In this document: positions 45,291 to 54,040 of the stretch, piece after piece
Layout of the letters: each line of letters opens with the position of its first letter
Position numbering within the stretch: the first letter of the stretch is position 1
Origin: Planctomycetota bacterium
Lineage (GTDB): Bacteria; Planctomycetota; UBA1135; UBA2386
Length of the DNA stretch: 64,000 bases
Reading direction: 5' to 3'
Assembly: GCA_965223545.1 (NCBI GenBank)
Contig: OZ245006.1
Coordinates: forward strand, 1,760,001-1,824,000
Position numbers and translations under genes: made by a program
Notes under the pieces: generated by a model
What the model saw: only the letters and a program-made list of their open reading frames with translations
Told to the model about the DNA's origin: nothing
Database searches by the model: none

Positions 45291-45911
45291 GTGAAGTCTA
45301 TCCACGACATCCGCGAGTCCCACCAGCAGGCGGTCGAGATCTTCCGGCGCCATGGCGGCGTCCTGCGCACCATGCAGGCGGTCCGCCTCGGCGTGCACCC
45401 GCGGACGCTGTACACGATGCGGGACAACGGCACCCTCGAGCAGCTCTCCCGCGGGCTCTACCGACTGGCCGACCTGCCACCGCTCGGCACCCCGGACCTG
45501 GTGGCGGTCGCCAAGCGCGTCCCCTCCGGTGTCATTTGCCTGATTTCGGCGCTGTCGCTTCACGAACTGACGACGGAGATCCCTCACGAGATCTACGTCG
45601 CCATCGCGCGCGGCGCCGAGACGCCGCGACTCGAACACCCCCCGCTTCGAGTGTTCCGCTTCAGCGGGGCGGCCCTCTCCGAAGGGGTTGAGATGCACGA
45701 CGTGGACGGGTGCGAGGTTCGGGTCTACAGCGCCGCGAAGACGATCGCGGACTGCTTCAAGTTCCGCAACAAGCTCGGCATCGACCTCGCGCTCCAGGGA
45801 CTCAAGCGATACCTGGCAGGCAGGAAGAGCAGCGTCGACGAACTGATGCGGTTCGCTCGCGTGTGCCGGGTCGAGACCGTCATGCGACCCTATGTGGAGG
45901 CGCTCCTCTGA
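45291..45911 (+). CDS. abiEi: Type IV TA antitoxin, AbiEi family
   Basis: HGGVLR...LSRGLYRL, VICLISALSLHELTTEIP, KTIADCFKFRNKLG, MRPYVEAL. Confidence 0.92.
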   Translation: MKSIHDIRESHQQAVEIFRRHGGVLRTMQAVRLGVHPRTLYTMRDNGTLEQLSRGLYRLADLPPLGTPDLVAVAKRVPSGVICLISALSLHELTTEIPHEIYVAIARGAETPRLEHPPLRVFRFSGAALSEGVEMHDVDGCEVRVYSAAKTIADCFKFRNKLGIDLALQGLKRYLAGRKSSVDELMRFARVCRVETVMRPYVEALL

Positions 45912-46837
45912 TGGGTCGCGACATCACGAACGTCGCGGCATCCGTGCGGCAGCGACTCTTGAACATCGCGCGCTCGTCGAATCGGCCCTTCAACGAAGTC
46001 CTCCAGCACTTCGCCATGGAGCGGTTCCTCTACCGGCTCGCCGCGTCGCCACACAGCGGTCGTTTCGTGCTCAAGGGAGCGCTGATGATGATGGTCTGGC
46101 AGGTGCCGGTTTCGCGTCCGACGATGGACATCGATCTCCTGGCTCAGATCGACAACGAGATCGACGTGCTGACGTCGGTAGCGCGCGACGTCTGCGGGCA
46201 GCAAGTCGAACCCGATGGGATGTCGTTCGATGCCGCCAGTGTCGAGGGCCCGAGGATTGCGGAGGACGCGGAGTACGAAGGCGTGCGCGTTCGATTCCGC
46301 GGCACGCTTGGCACGGCGCGTGTATCCATGCAACTCGACATTGGTTTCGGCGACGCGGTGATCCCCGGTCCGGTGCTCTCCGACTACCCGACGATCCTCG
46401 ATCTTCCCGCGCCTCGTGTGCGCGGCTACAAGCGCGAGAGCGTTGTCGCCGAGAAGTTCCACGCCATGGTCAAGCGCGGGCTCCTCAACAGCAGGATGCG
46501 CGACTATTTCGATCTCTGGCTGCTGTCGCGGCAGTTCGAGTTCGACGAAGCCACGCTTGCCGAGGCGATCCAGGAGACCTTCGCTCGTCGGGCGACTGTC
46601 GTTCCGACCGAGCCGGTTGCGCTGACCGGCGAGTTTGCCTCGGACGCGCAGAAGCGAGCGCAGTGGAAGGCGTTCTTGCGCAAGATCCGCCTCGCGGAGG
46701 CGCCGAGCGATCTGCATGAGGTCGTCGAGCGGCTGGCTGCGTTCCTGAGGCCGGTGCTGGCCGCGATCGTGAGAGGTTCAGGCTTCGGTGCGCGATGGTC
46801 ACCGTCGAGGCTCTGGGCGCAGTCGACCCCGAAGTAG
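45911..46837 (+). CDS. abiEii: Type IV TA toxin, AbiEii nucleotidyltransferase
   Basis: AASVRQRLLN, ERFLYRL, FVLKGA, RPTMDIDLL, DIGFGD, AEKFHAM, NSRMRDYFD. Confidence 0.93.
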   Translation: MGRDITNVAASVRQRLLNIARSSNRPFNEVLQHFAMERFLYRLAASPHSGRFVLKGALMMMVWQVPVSRPTMDIDLLAQIDNEIDVLTSVARDVCGQQVEPDGMSFDAASVEGPRIAEDAEYEGVRVRFRGTLGTARVSMQLDIGFGDAVIPGPVLSDYPTILDLPAPRVRGYKRESVVAEKFHAMVKRGLLNSRMRDYFDLWLLSRQFEFDEATLAEAIQETFARRATVVPTEPVALTGEFASDAQKRAQWKAFLRKIRLAEAPSDLHEVVERLAAFLRPVLAAIVRGSGFGARWSPSRLWAQSTPK

Positions 46838-46854
46838 GAGCACGGGGTTGGGCG

Positions 46855-49350
46855 ATGGTGTCCGAGCGCGAGCGAATCGAAGAAGAGCTCAGGCGGGAAG
46901 AGGCTCGGCTCGCGGACTTGTCTCGTGAGCAGGAGCAGGTTCGCGCGAGGGTCGAGCACCTGCGGCAAAAGCTGGCGGATTCCCGAGGTTCGTCGTCGGA
47001 CGAGGAGACCGGGAAGCGCAAACCGCCCGCCGGTCCCAGCACTCCGGCGGAGAAGATTGCGCTGTTCCGTCGCCTGTTCCGCGGGCGTGGAGACGTGTTC
47101 CCGCGACTCTGGATCAACAGCAGGAGCGGCAAGCGGGGCTACTCGCCGGCGTGTTCCAACGACTGGGTCCGGGGCATCTGCGAAAAGCCGAAGGTGAAGT
47201 GCGGAGAATGCCCGGACCAAGCGTTCGTGTCGGTCGACGACCAGGTCATTCGCGACCATCTGCAGGGTCGCCATGTCGTTGGCGTCTACCCGCTTCTCGA
47301 GGACGAGACCTGCTGGTTCCTCGCGGTCGACTTCGACAAGAGCGAATGGCAGGAAGATGTCGCTGCCTTCGTCGAGACCTGCTCGCGACTCGAGCTGCCG
47401 GTCGCGGTCGAGCGATCACGGTCGGGCAACGGGGCGCATGTGTGGTTCTTCTTCGATGCGCCTCTGCCCGCGGTCACGGCAAGGCAGGTCGCCAGCCACG
47501 TCATCACGGAGACAATGGAGCGGCGCCCCGAGCTGGAGCTGGCATCGTACGACCGGTTGTTTCCCAACCAGGACACAATGCCGCGCGGTGGCTTCGGAAA
47601 CCTGATCGCGCTGCCGTTGCAGCACGAGGCCCGGCAAGTGGGCAACACCGTCTTCGTCGACGATCGCTTGCGACCGATCGCCGACCAGTGGGCATTCCTA
47701 GCGTCGTATCCGAGGATACCTGTGGCGCGCATGTTCGAGCTTGCCCAAGAAGCCAGCGAGTGCGGCAGGGTCGTGGGCGCATGCGTCTCGGAACCGGGCG
47801 ATGCGATCGATCTCGAGCCGTGGCTGCGCTCGCCGTCGCGAGCTGCGCAGAGTCCGAAGCTGGACGTTCCGCTTCCGAGTTCGGTCCACGCGGTGCTCGC
47901 CCAGCAGGTCTTCGTGGAGACGAGAGAGCTGCCGTCGCCGTTCCTCAATCGCATCCTGCGGCTTGCGACGTTCTCGAACCCCGAGTTCTACCAGAAGCAG
48001 GCGATGCGACTGTCGACCGCGCGGACGCCCAGGCTGATCGGATGCGCAGAACGGACGATTGCGCACATAGGGCTTCCACGTGGATGCTACTCCGCGCTGG
48101 CGGAGTTGCTGCGCCAGCACGACGTCGAGCTCGTGGTCGAAGACAAGCGGTTCGACGGAGCCCCACTGGTGGTCGAGTTCGGTGGTGCGTTGACTCCGGT
48201 GCAGCAGCGAGCAGCGCACGATCTCCTGGGGCACGAGATCGGGGTGTTCGTGGCGCCACCCGGCTCGGGGAAGACCGTTGTTGGCGCTCACGCCATCGCC
48301 GCGCGCGGGCGAAGTACCCTCGTTCTCGTCCACCGCAGCCAACTCCTCGATCAGTGGCGAAATCAGCTCGCGGCGTTTCTCGGGGTCGATCTCCGCGAGA
48401 TCGGTCAGGTGGGATCCGGCAAGCGCAAGGTCACCGGCACTTTGGATGTGGCGATGATCCAGAGTCTCGTGCGGCGAGACGAGGTCGATCCGATGGTCGC
48501 GGAGTACGGGCACGTTGTCGTCGATGAATGCCACCACGTTTCCGCCGTGTCCTTCGAGCGGGTCCTACGTGGGGTCCGCGCTCGGTACGTCCTCGGGCTG
48601 ACGGCGACCCCGCGTCGCAGGGACGGGCACCATCCGATCGTCGAGTTCCAGCTCGGTCCGGTGCGGCATGCAGTCGATCCGAAGCGTCAGGCGGCTCGCC
48701 GAGCGTTTGAGCATCGCCTCGTCGTTCGGGCCACGACCTTCCGGCTCGAGGAGGATACGACCCGTCCGAAGATCCAGGACGTCTATCGGCGCCTTGCTCT
48801 GGACGCCGACCGCAATCGGATGATCGTCGACGACATCATCACGGCGCTGGAAGCTGGCAGGTCGCCGATCGTGCTCACCGAGCGACGCGATCACCTGGAG
48901 TATCTCGTGGGTCAACTGAGCGGTGTCGCCCGCAACCTCATCGTGCTTCGGGGCGGCATGGGGTCGAAGCAGCGGCGAGAGCTTCGCCAGAAGATGGCGG
49001 CCATCCCGAGAAGTGAAGAACGGCTGCTGATCGCGACCGGCAGGTTCGTCGGCGAAGGCTTCGATGATGCTCGTCTCGACACGCTGTTCTTGACCATGCC
49101 GGTGTCATGGCGCGGAACCCTCGTGCAGTACGCCGGCAGGCTGCATCGAATGCACTCCGACAAGGCTGAAGTGGCTGTGTTCGACTACGTGGACGGCGCC
49201 GTCCCGATGCTGGCCCGCATGTTCGAGCGACGTGCGGCTGGGTACCGGGCGATGGGGTATGCACAGACGGACGATTGGCCGGCGGAGAGCGCGGTCCGAG
49301 AGGAGCCCGTGGTGGAGTTGGAGGACCGGTCGGAACCTGACCCCCTCTGA
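46855..49350 (+). CDS. Archaeo-eukaryotic primase (TOTE-conflict type) fused to an SF2 DEAD/DEAH helicase
   Basis: LFRGRGDVF, GYSPACSNDW..GICEK...CGEC, FLAVDFD, ERSRSGNGAHVW, GFGNLIALPLQ; APPGSGKT, VDECHH, GLTATP.RRDG, GEGFD, QYAGRLHR. Confidence 0.92.
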   Translation: MVSERERIEEELRREEARLADLSREQEQVRARVEHLRQKLADSRGSSSDEETGKRKPPAGPSTPAEKIALFRRLFRGRGDVFPRLWINSRSGKRGYSPACSNDWVRGICEKPKVKCGECPDQAFVSVDDQVIRDHLQGRHVVGVYPLLEDETCWFLAVDFDKSEWQEDVAAFVETCSRLELPVAVERSRSGNGAHVWFFFDAPLPAVTARQVASHVITETMERRPELELASYDRLFPNQDTMPRGGFGNLIALPLQHEARQVGNTVFVDDRLRPIADQWAFLASYPRIPVARMFELAQEASECGRVVGACVSEPGDAIDLEPWLRSPSRAAQSPKLDVPLPSSVHAVLAQQVFVETRELPSPFLNRILRLATFSNPEFYQKQAMRLSTARTPRLIGCAERTIAHIGLPRGCYSALAELLRQHDVELVVEDKRFDGAPLVVEFGGALTPVQQRAAHDLLGHEIGVFVAPPGSGKTVVGAHAIAARGRSTLVLVHRSQLLDQWRNQLAAFLGVDLREIGQVGSGKRKVTGTLDVAMIQSLVRRDEVDPMVAEYGHVVVDECHHVSAVSFERVLRGVRARYVLGLTATPRRRDGHHPIVEFQLGPVRHAVDPKRQAARRAFEHRLVVRATTFRLEEDTTRPKIQDVYRRLALDADRNRMIVDDIITALEAGRSPIVLTERRDHLEYLVGQLSGVARNLIVLRGGMGSKQRRELRQKMAAIPRSEERLLIATGRFVGEGFDDARLDTLFLTMPVSWRGTLVQYAGRLHRMHSDKAEVAVFDYVDGAVPMLARMFERRAAGYRAMGYAQTDDWPAESAVREEPVVELEDRSEPDPL

Positions 49351-49499
49351 CCCCGTTTCAACTGAGATTCGCGAGACCGTTGAGACTGTCGAGACACCCA
49401 CTAAACTGCTGAGAGGGCGTCTCGCGCGTCTCGAGCCCGAATACGGGTTCCACGTAGGAGCCTCCAGTCGGGGTAGGATGCAGGGGGTCGGAGGTGCAG

Positions 49500-49760
49500 A
49501 TCCTCTTAGGTGCACGCTCTTGTCGACGGCGCGAGTTTCGAACCGGCGTTCGACGTTACGCACCAAGCCGCAGAGCAGCGCCCGAAAGTCGTCGCGTCCT
49601 GATCCGCCTTGTTCAATACGCCGCCCGGCTTCATGCGTCCGAAGAACACTTCCCGCAGCGCGTCATCGATCGGGTCCGCGGTCTGCGAGTCCGTTGTCGG
49701 ACCAACGGTGGCCGAGGCTCGTCGTACGACGTCGCCCAAGCGCAACGGCAGATCCGACCC
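49500..49760 (-). pseudogene. Internal/3' remnant of an ETCWT-type ECF sigma factor
   Basis: Frameshifted pieces LGHRWSDNGLAD / IDDALREVFFGRMKPGGVLNKAD / DFRALLCGLVRNV parallel IDDAIQEVF...GGALERAD...FRAFLFGVSRNV of the 24579-25250 sigma. Confidence 0.65.
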
Positions 49761-49789
49761 CGCTGCCGGTCGCGATGAGCGCGAACGTC

Positions 49790-49966
49790 CTGTTCGAAGA
49801 CCTTTTGATCGATGGTCACGAAGACGTCGAACTTCGCATCGGCGGGTCCCATCAGCTCACCGCTGGTCTTTCCGGCCCAGCCCGCATCGGGAACGGTCTG
49901 TGCGTCGATTCCCGTGAGCGCCGCCGCAAGCCGGCGCGGCAGGCACTCATCGATCAGGACGCGCAT
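49790..49966 (-). pseudogene. Truncated DUF5615 PIN-like toxin
   Basis: MRVLIDECLPRRL...TV...GWAGK..GEL....FDVFVTIDQ, then similarity is lost. Confidence 0.75.
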
Positions 49967-50160
49967 CGCTCACCAACACATCGCGGGCCAACTCCAAGCA
50001 CGGCGATGGCCTGGTCTCGCGAGACCGTCGGGAAGTCGTCGAGGCGTTGACCTCCCTCGAGGTAGTCGAGCAGAGTCTGGACCGGCACGCGCGTGCCCCG
50101 GAACACGGGCGTGCCCCCGAGGATTTCTGGTGAGCGGTCGATGCACTCGGTCGACGACAT
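49947..50160 (-). pseudogene. DUF433 antitoxin, degenerate
   Basis: PEILGGTPVFRGTRVPVQTLLDYLEGG; frameshift before LELARDVL. Confidence 0.8.
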
Positions 50161-50320
50161 ACCGTCATTCTACCACGGCTCGTCGGTGCCGAATCTGCGG
50201 TAACTGTTCCGGCACGCACGTTCTTCGCGCCGCGCCGAACCGGCGCATGAACAGAAACTTCGGCCACCGGGTGTCGGCACCGGCGCCGGCCACGACGGTG
50301 ACCGTCCGTAGCTGGCTGGG

Positions 50321-51943
50321 CTACGAGCCCACGAACAACTGACGCACGATGTTGTCGATCGCGTTGTCGGCTTTGGCGATCTGGGCACGCCGTTGCCGTC
50401 CCAGCATCCAGCCACGCGGAGTCAGCTGACCGACCTGGGAGGCAGGAGTGGTCGAGATCGCGTGAAGCACATCCCGCAGGTAGAGCAGCGGGCTGATGCC
50501 TTGCTCTCGACACGACTGGACGAGACTCAAGAGGATGAGTGAAGCTTGGGTGCCGTCCTCGGATCCGAAGAAGAGCCAGTTCTTCTTGCCGATCACGACT
50601 GCACGCAGAGCACGCTCGCAACCGTTGTTCGAGATCTCGCGGATGCGGCCATCGGTCAGGAAGCGCTCGAGAGCAGGCCACTGGTTGAGCCCGTAGCGAA
50701 CTCCCTCCATGAGCGGCCCCTTCGGGAGGCTCGGCTGGTCGATGTGCATCTGCTCGAGCCAAGCCTTGAGCGCGTTCGCAATCGGGCGAGAGTCGCGCTG
50801 ACGGACCTCGACCAGCTCGTCATCCGTGAAGGGTCGACCATCTTTGCCCTTCTTGGCGACGCTCTCGATCGCGAACAGCTTGCCGATCCAGCCCAGAGCC
50901 TTCTCCGTGGTCGAGTCGCCGAGCTTCCGCGCATTCACGAAGTAGCGACGAAGGTGTGCCCAGCATCCGATGCGCGCGATGCTGGTTGGATCGAGATCGC
51001 TGTAGCAGTCATGGCCATCGCACTGCAACCGACCACCGCGGTCGCCCAAGACCTCTTTGGGGCTGCCGCGATTGCGTGAGTCCGTAGCGGTGTAGAAAAC
51101 CCCGGCGTGTTGATCGCGCCACGCCCACACGTGGATCTTTTTCTGTCCGGGGTTTCGGCCGTTGCGCTGGTTGCCGTAGGTGTCGTCCACCTGCAGGACG
51201 GAGGTGTCGAGGCTCTCGAGAACTTGCTCGACATGGGCATCGAACACGGGCTTCAGGAGCTCGGCACAGCGCATCGCCGAAGTGCATAGGACGCTACGCG
51301 ACAGGCTGAGCCCCTCGGCTGCGTACTTCTTCTCCAACCGCGCGTACGGCATGTGGTTGGCAAAGCGGTCGAAGATGATCTGCGCAAGGAAGCCGGGGCC
51401 GAGGATGCTTTTGTCGAGGACTCGGGTGGGGCCCGCGGCGACGACGACGTAGCCCTGACAGGTCGCGCAGGAGTACTTCTTCCTCACGATCTGGTGGACG
51501 AACGAGAGCTCGATGCGCTCGAGCTCCTGCGAGACCTCTTCGCCGAACTCCCGACGGCCGTTGCCGCAGCAAGGGCACAGCAGGTCCTCGCCCTCGATCG
51601 TGAATACGGAGCGTTGCCGCGGAAGATGCTCTGGGAAGTCCTTGCGTCGCTTGGTGCGCTTGCGCTTGTGCTCGGGGACGGTGATCTCTTCGGCCTCTTC
51701 TTCGGCCGCCTTGGCGTCGGCTCCCGCTTCCTCTACAGCCTCTTGCGCGAACGGCAGCAGCTGTCGCGGGTCGATGTAGCGGCTCTTCTCCGAGCGGCGA
51801 CCGAACAGCATGCGCTGAAGGTCGGACATCTGCGACTTCAGCGACGAGATCTGCGTGAGCAGATCCGGGATCAAGGCACGTAGCTGCGCCTCATCCAGTG
51901 CGTCGACGTTGACCGTTTGCTTGCGACCGCCCATCGCGACCAT
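50321..51943 (-). CDS. tnpC: IS66 transposase TnpC
   Basis: Near-identical to 36089-37711. Confidence 0.96.
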   Translation of the reverse strand: MVAMGGRKQTVNVDALDEAQLRALIPDLLTQISSLKSQMSDLQRMLFGRRSEKSRYIDPRQLLPFAQEAVEEAGADAKAAEEEAEEITVPEHKRKRTKRRKDFPEHLPRQRSVFTIEGEDLLCPCCGNGRREFGEEVSQELERIELSFVHQIVRKKYSCATCQGYVVVAAGPTRVLDKSILGPGFLAQIIFDRFANHMPYARLEKKYAAEGLSLSRSVLCTSAMRCAELLKPVFDAHVEQVLESLDTSVLQVDDTYGNQRNGRNPGQKKIHVWAWRDQHAGVFYTATDSRNRGSPKEVLGDRGGRLQCDGHDCYSDLDPTSIARIGCWAHLRRYFVNARKLGDSTTEKALGWIGKLFAIESVAKKGKDGRPFTDDELVEVRQRDSRPIANALKAWLEQMHIDQPSLPKGPLMEGVRYGLNQWPALERFLTDGRIREISNNGCERALRAVVIGKKNWLFFGSEDGTQASLILLSLVQSCREQGISPLLYLRDVLHAISTTPASQVGQLTPRGWMLGRQRRAQIAKADNAIDNIVRQLFVGS

Positions 51944-52304
51944 TGATACGAACAGAGCGCGAGTAATGCCGACGAAACTTGGCGGATTTCAGATCAATCC
52001 CTTCGAGCAACATCACGAGCTGTGCGCGCTCGACTTCGACATGTGTGGCGTCGCCGCTCTTGGGACGCCAACTGTCAAACGTGCCGCGCTCGAGTCGCTT
52101 CATCGAGATCCAGAAACCGTTGCGATCCCAGAACAAGATCTTCACGCGATCGCGACGCCGGTTGAAGAACGCGAAGACGTCGCCATCGAACGGATCCCGA
52201 TGAAAGCTGTGCTGGACGATCGCGCTCAGCCCGTCGAACGACTTCCTCATGTCGGTTGGCTCGTTGGCGACGTACACGCGCACGCCCGCTGGGAAGGCCA
52301 GCAT
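51891..52304 (-). CDS. tnpB: IS66 accessory protein TnpB
   Basis: Identical translation to 35728-36141. Confidence 0.95.
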   Translation of the reverse strand: MLAFPAGVRVYVANEPTDMRKSFDGLSAIVQHSFHRDPFDGDVFAFFNRRRDRVKILFWDRNGFWISMKRLERGTFDSWRPKSGDATHVEVERAQLVMLLEGIDLKSAKFRRHYSRSVRINGRDGRSQANGQRRRTG

Positions 52305-52633
52305 CAGTCGGCCACAGAGTCCAGCAAGCGGTACGCGATGTCTTGAGCAATCGCGCCCTCGAACTCCGCGACGACGCCCGCCGGGAACCTGAGCCGCACA
52401 AGGCTCGAGCTCTCGCCCTCGTCGTTACTCGTCCGGCCCCGACCATCGCGATCGACGACTCGGACCTCCGCGAACCCAGTGCTCTCCTCCGATCGCAACC
52501 GATGCGACCACCAACTCAGCGTCCCGATCGGGATACCGAACCGCTCCGAGAGCGCACGCAGCGAAAACCCTTCCTGCTCGCGGAGCGCGAGAACCTGCCG
52601 GATCTCACGGCGACGACTTGCTCGCTTCGACAT
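52304..52633 (-). CDS. tnpA: IS66 accessory protein TnpA
   Basis: Identical translation to 35399-35728. Confidence 0.85.
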   Translation of the reverse strand: MSKRASRRREIRQVLALREQEGFSLRALSERFGIPIGTLSWWSHRLRSEESTGFAEVRVVDRDGRGRTSNDEGESSSLVRLRFPAGVVAEFEGAIAQDIAYRLLDSVAD

Positions 52634-52690
52634 GGCCGCATCGTGGCGAACGACTCGAGCGTTTGCAGACGTGGTTGCCGGAACAGTTAC

Positions 52691-52788
52691 TGCAGTCGAT
52701 CGAGGAGCAAACGCGCGCCCAGCAAGACAAGCAGCAGCGCCGCAAGGAAGCCAAGCGGCGCGCGCGTCGCCTCGGCGCCGACTCCTGA
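52691..52788 (+). pseudogene. C-terminal part of the gene split at 37833
   Basis: Reads (V)QSIEEQTRAQQDKQQRRKEAKRRARRLGADS-stop, in frame with PEVVQS through the TGCAGTCG duplication. Confidence 0.85.
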
Positions 52789-52843
52789 CTCCGCCGTCTG
52801 CTTTCGTTGCGAGGCGAACAACGCGCAGCAAGTCGCGCCGCCG

Positions 52844-54040
52844 CTACCGCCCCGACGCCAACTCCACCCGCCGCAACACCTCAACCCCCCGCACCTCCAA
52901 CCGCACGTCCTGCCCCCCGTGCAGCTGCAACCCGAGGTGCCCGCGGCTGCGCCCCGCATCCCCGCGCAACTCCGCAGTCCGCACCCCATTGAGGTGCACC
53001 GTCACGCGCCCCCCGCGCGCCGAAACCGTCATCGTGTTCCACTCCCCCGCGCGAAACCCACTCTCGGCCGGCGGCCGCTGCAACCACTGCCGTCCACCGG
53101 TCTCGTACAACCCACCCGTGTGCTTGGCCGGGTCGGCGTCGATCTCGGCCTGGAGGCCGTGCACCATCACACTCGCCTCGACCGGTTCGCAACGGAAGTA
53201 GAAGCCGCTGTTACCGCTAAGGCAGCGGAACTGGAGGCGGGCGGTGAAGTCGCCATACATCGCTTCGCTCTGCAGGATGCCGTGGCTCGGGTCGGATGCC
53301 TCTTGTTCGCCGATCAGGATGCCGTCTTCGAAGCGCCAAGTGCCGCCGCCGCGAAGCTGCCAGCCGGCGAGGGTTTCGTCGAGCACCGGCTGCCACTGGT
53401 GGTGGCCGAGGTCTTTGATGCGCAGGCCGCGCCAGCGGACGTGGCGGCCGACTTTGTCGGCGTCTTTGCCGACGCCGTGCACCTGTAAGGCGATGAAGCC
53501 GGTGAGGTCTTCGCTGTCGACCAGATCGGCGGCGGGGACGCCGTTGACCCAGGTGCGGATGTGGTCGCCGATGCACAGGACGCGGTAGTGGTTCCAGCCT
53601 TCGACGTCGAAGGCTTGGCGCGCTTCGTCCTGGCCGTCGAGATCGTCGAGCCAGCCGCGGCGGGCCTCGTCGTAGATGCCGCCCGACCAGGCGCGATCGG
53701 AGGGGTCGATCTCGACTTGCAGGCCGTAGACGCGCTTCTTCTCGGGCCGCACGTGGCTGCGGATCTGCACGCCACTGTTGATGCGGGGGTCGACCTGCAG
53801 CTCGAGCTCGAGTTCGAAGTCGCCGTACTCGCGCTCGGTGCACAAGAACGTATTGGGGGACGACGGCACGGTGGTGCCGGTGACGACATCGCCGTCGCGC
53901 TCGTAGGTCGCCTTGCCGCCGACGATGCGCAGGCCCTCGAGACCGTCACCCGGTAGCAGGGGCCGCCACTGTGGCTGCGCAGCTGCCGCACTCGCTACCG
54001 CCAACGCAACCGACGCCGCGAGCCCAAGGGCGCCGCGCAT
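52844..54040 (-). CDS. Secreted tandem DUF1080 (3-keto-disaccharide hydrolase-like) protein
   Basis: Two repeats of YGDF.L...NSG...Q.EID...GG.Y.....W...WN...NGV...G...LQ.HG. Confidence 0.92.
   Translation of the reverse strand: MRGALGLAASVALAVASAAAAQPQWRPLLPGDGLEGLRIVGGKATYERDGDVVTGTTVPSSPNTFLCTEREYGDFELELELQVDPRINSGVQIRSHVRPEKKRVYGLQVEIDPSDRAWSGGIYDEARRGWLDDLDGQDEARQAFDVEGWNHYRVLCIGDHIRTWVNGVPAADLVDSEDLTGFIALQVHGVGKDADKVGRHVRWRGLRIKDLGHHQWQPVLDETLAGWQLRGGGTWRFEDGILIGEQEASDPSHGILQSEAMYGDFTARLQFRCLSGNSGFYFRCEPVEASVMVHGLQAEIDADPAKHTGGLYETGGRQWLQRPPAESGFRAGEWNTMTVSARGGRVTVHLNGVRTAELRGDAGRSRGHLGLQLHGGQDVRLEVRGVEVLRRVELASGR

Larger units (their letters stand above)
50200..52690 (-). mobile_element. 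IS66-family element A, copy 2 (2491 bp, inverted)
   Basis: Same IRs and ORFs as 35342-37832; one substitution noticed (TnpC REHG vs REQG); flanks AATCTGCG and TGCAGTCG. Confidence 0.97.

Noticed and set aside
49372..49435. GAGAC/GTCTC short repeats after the helicase gene
   Set aside because: Short and irregular; not a CRISPR array or a convincing iteron set
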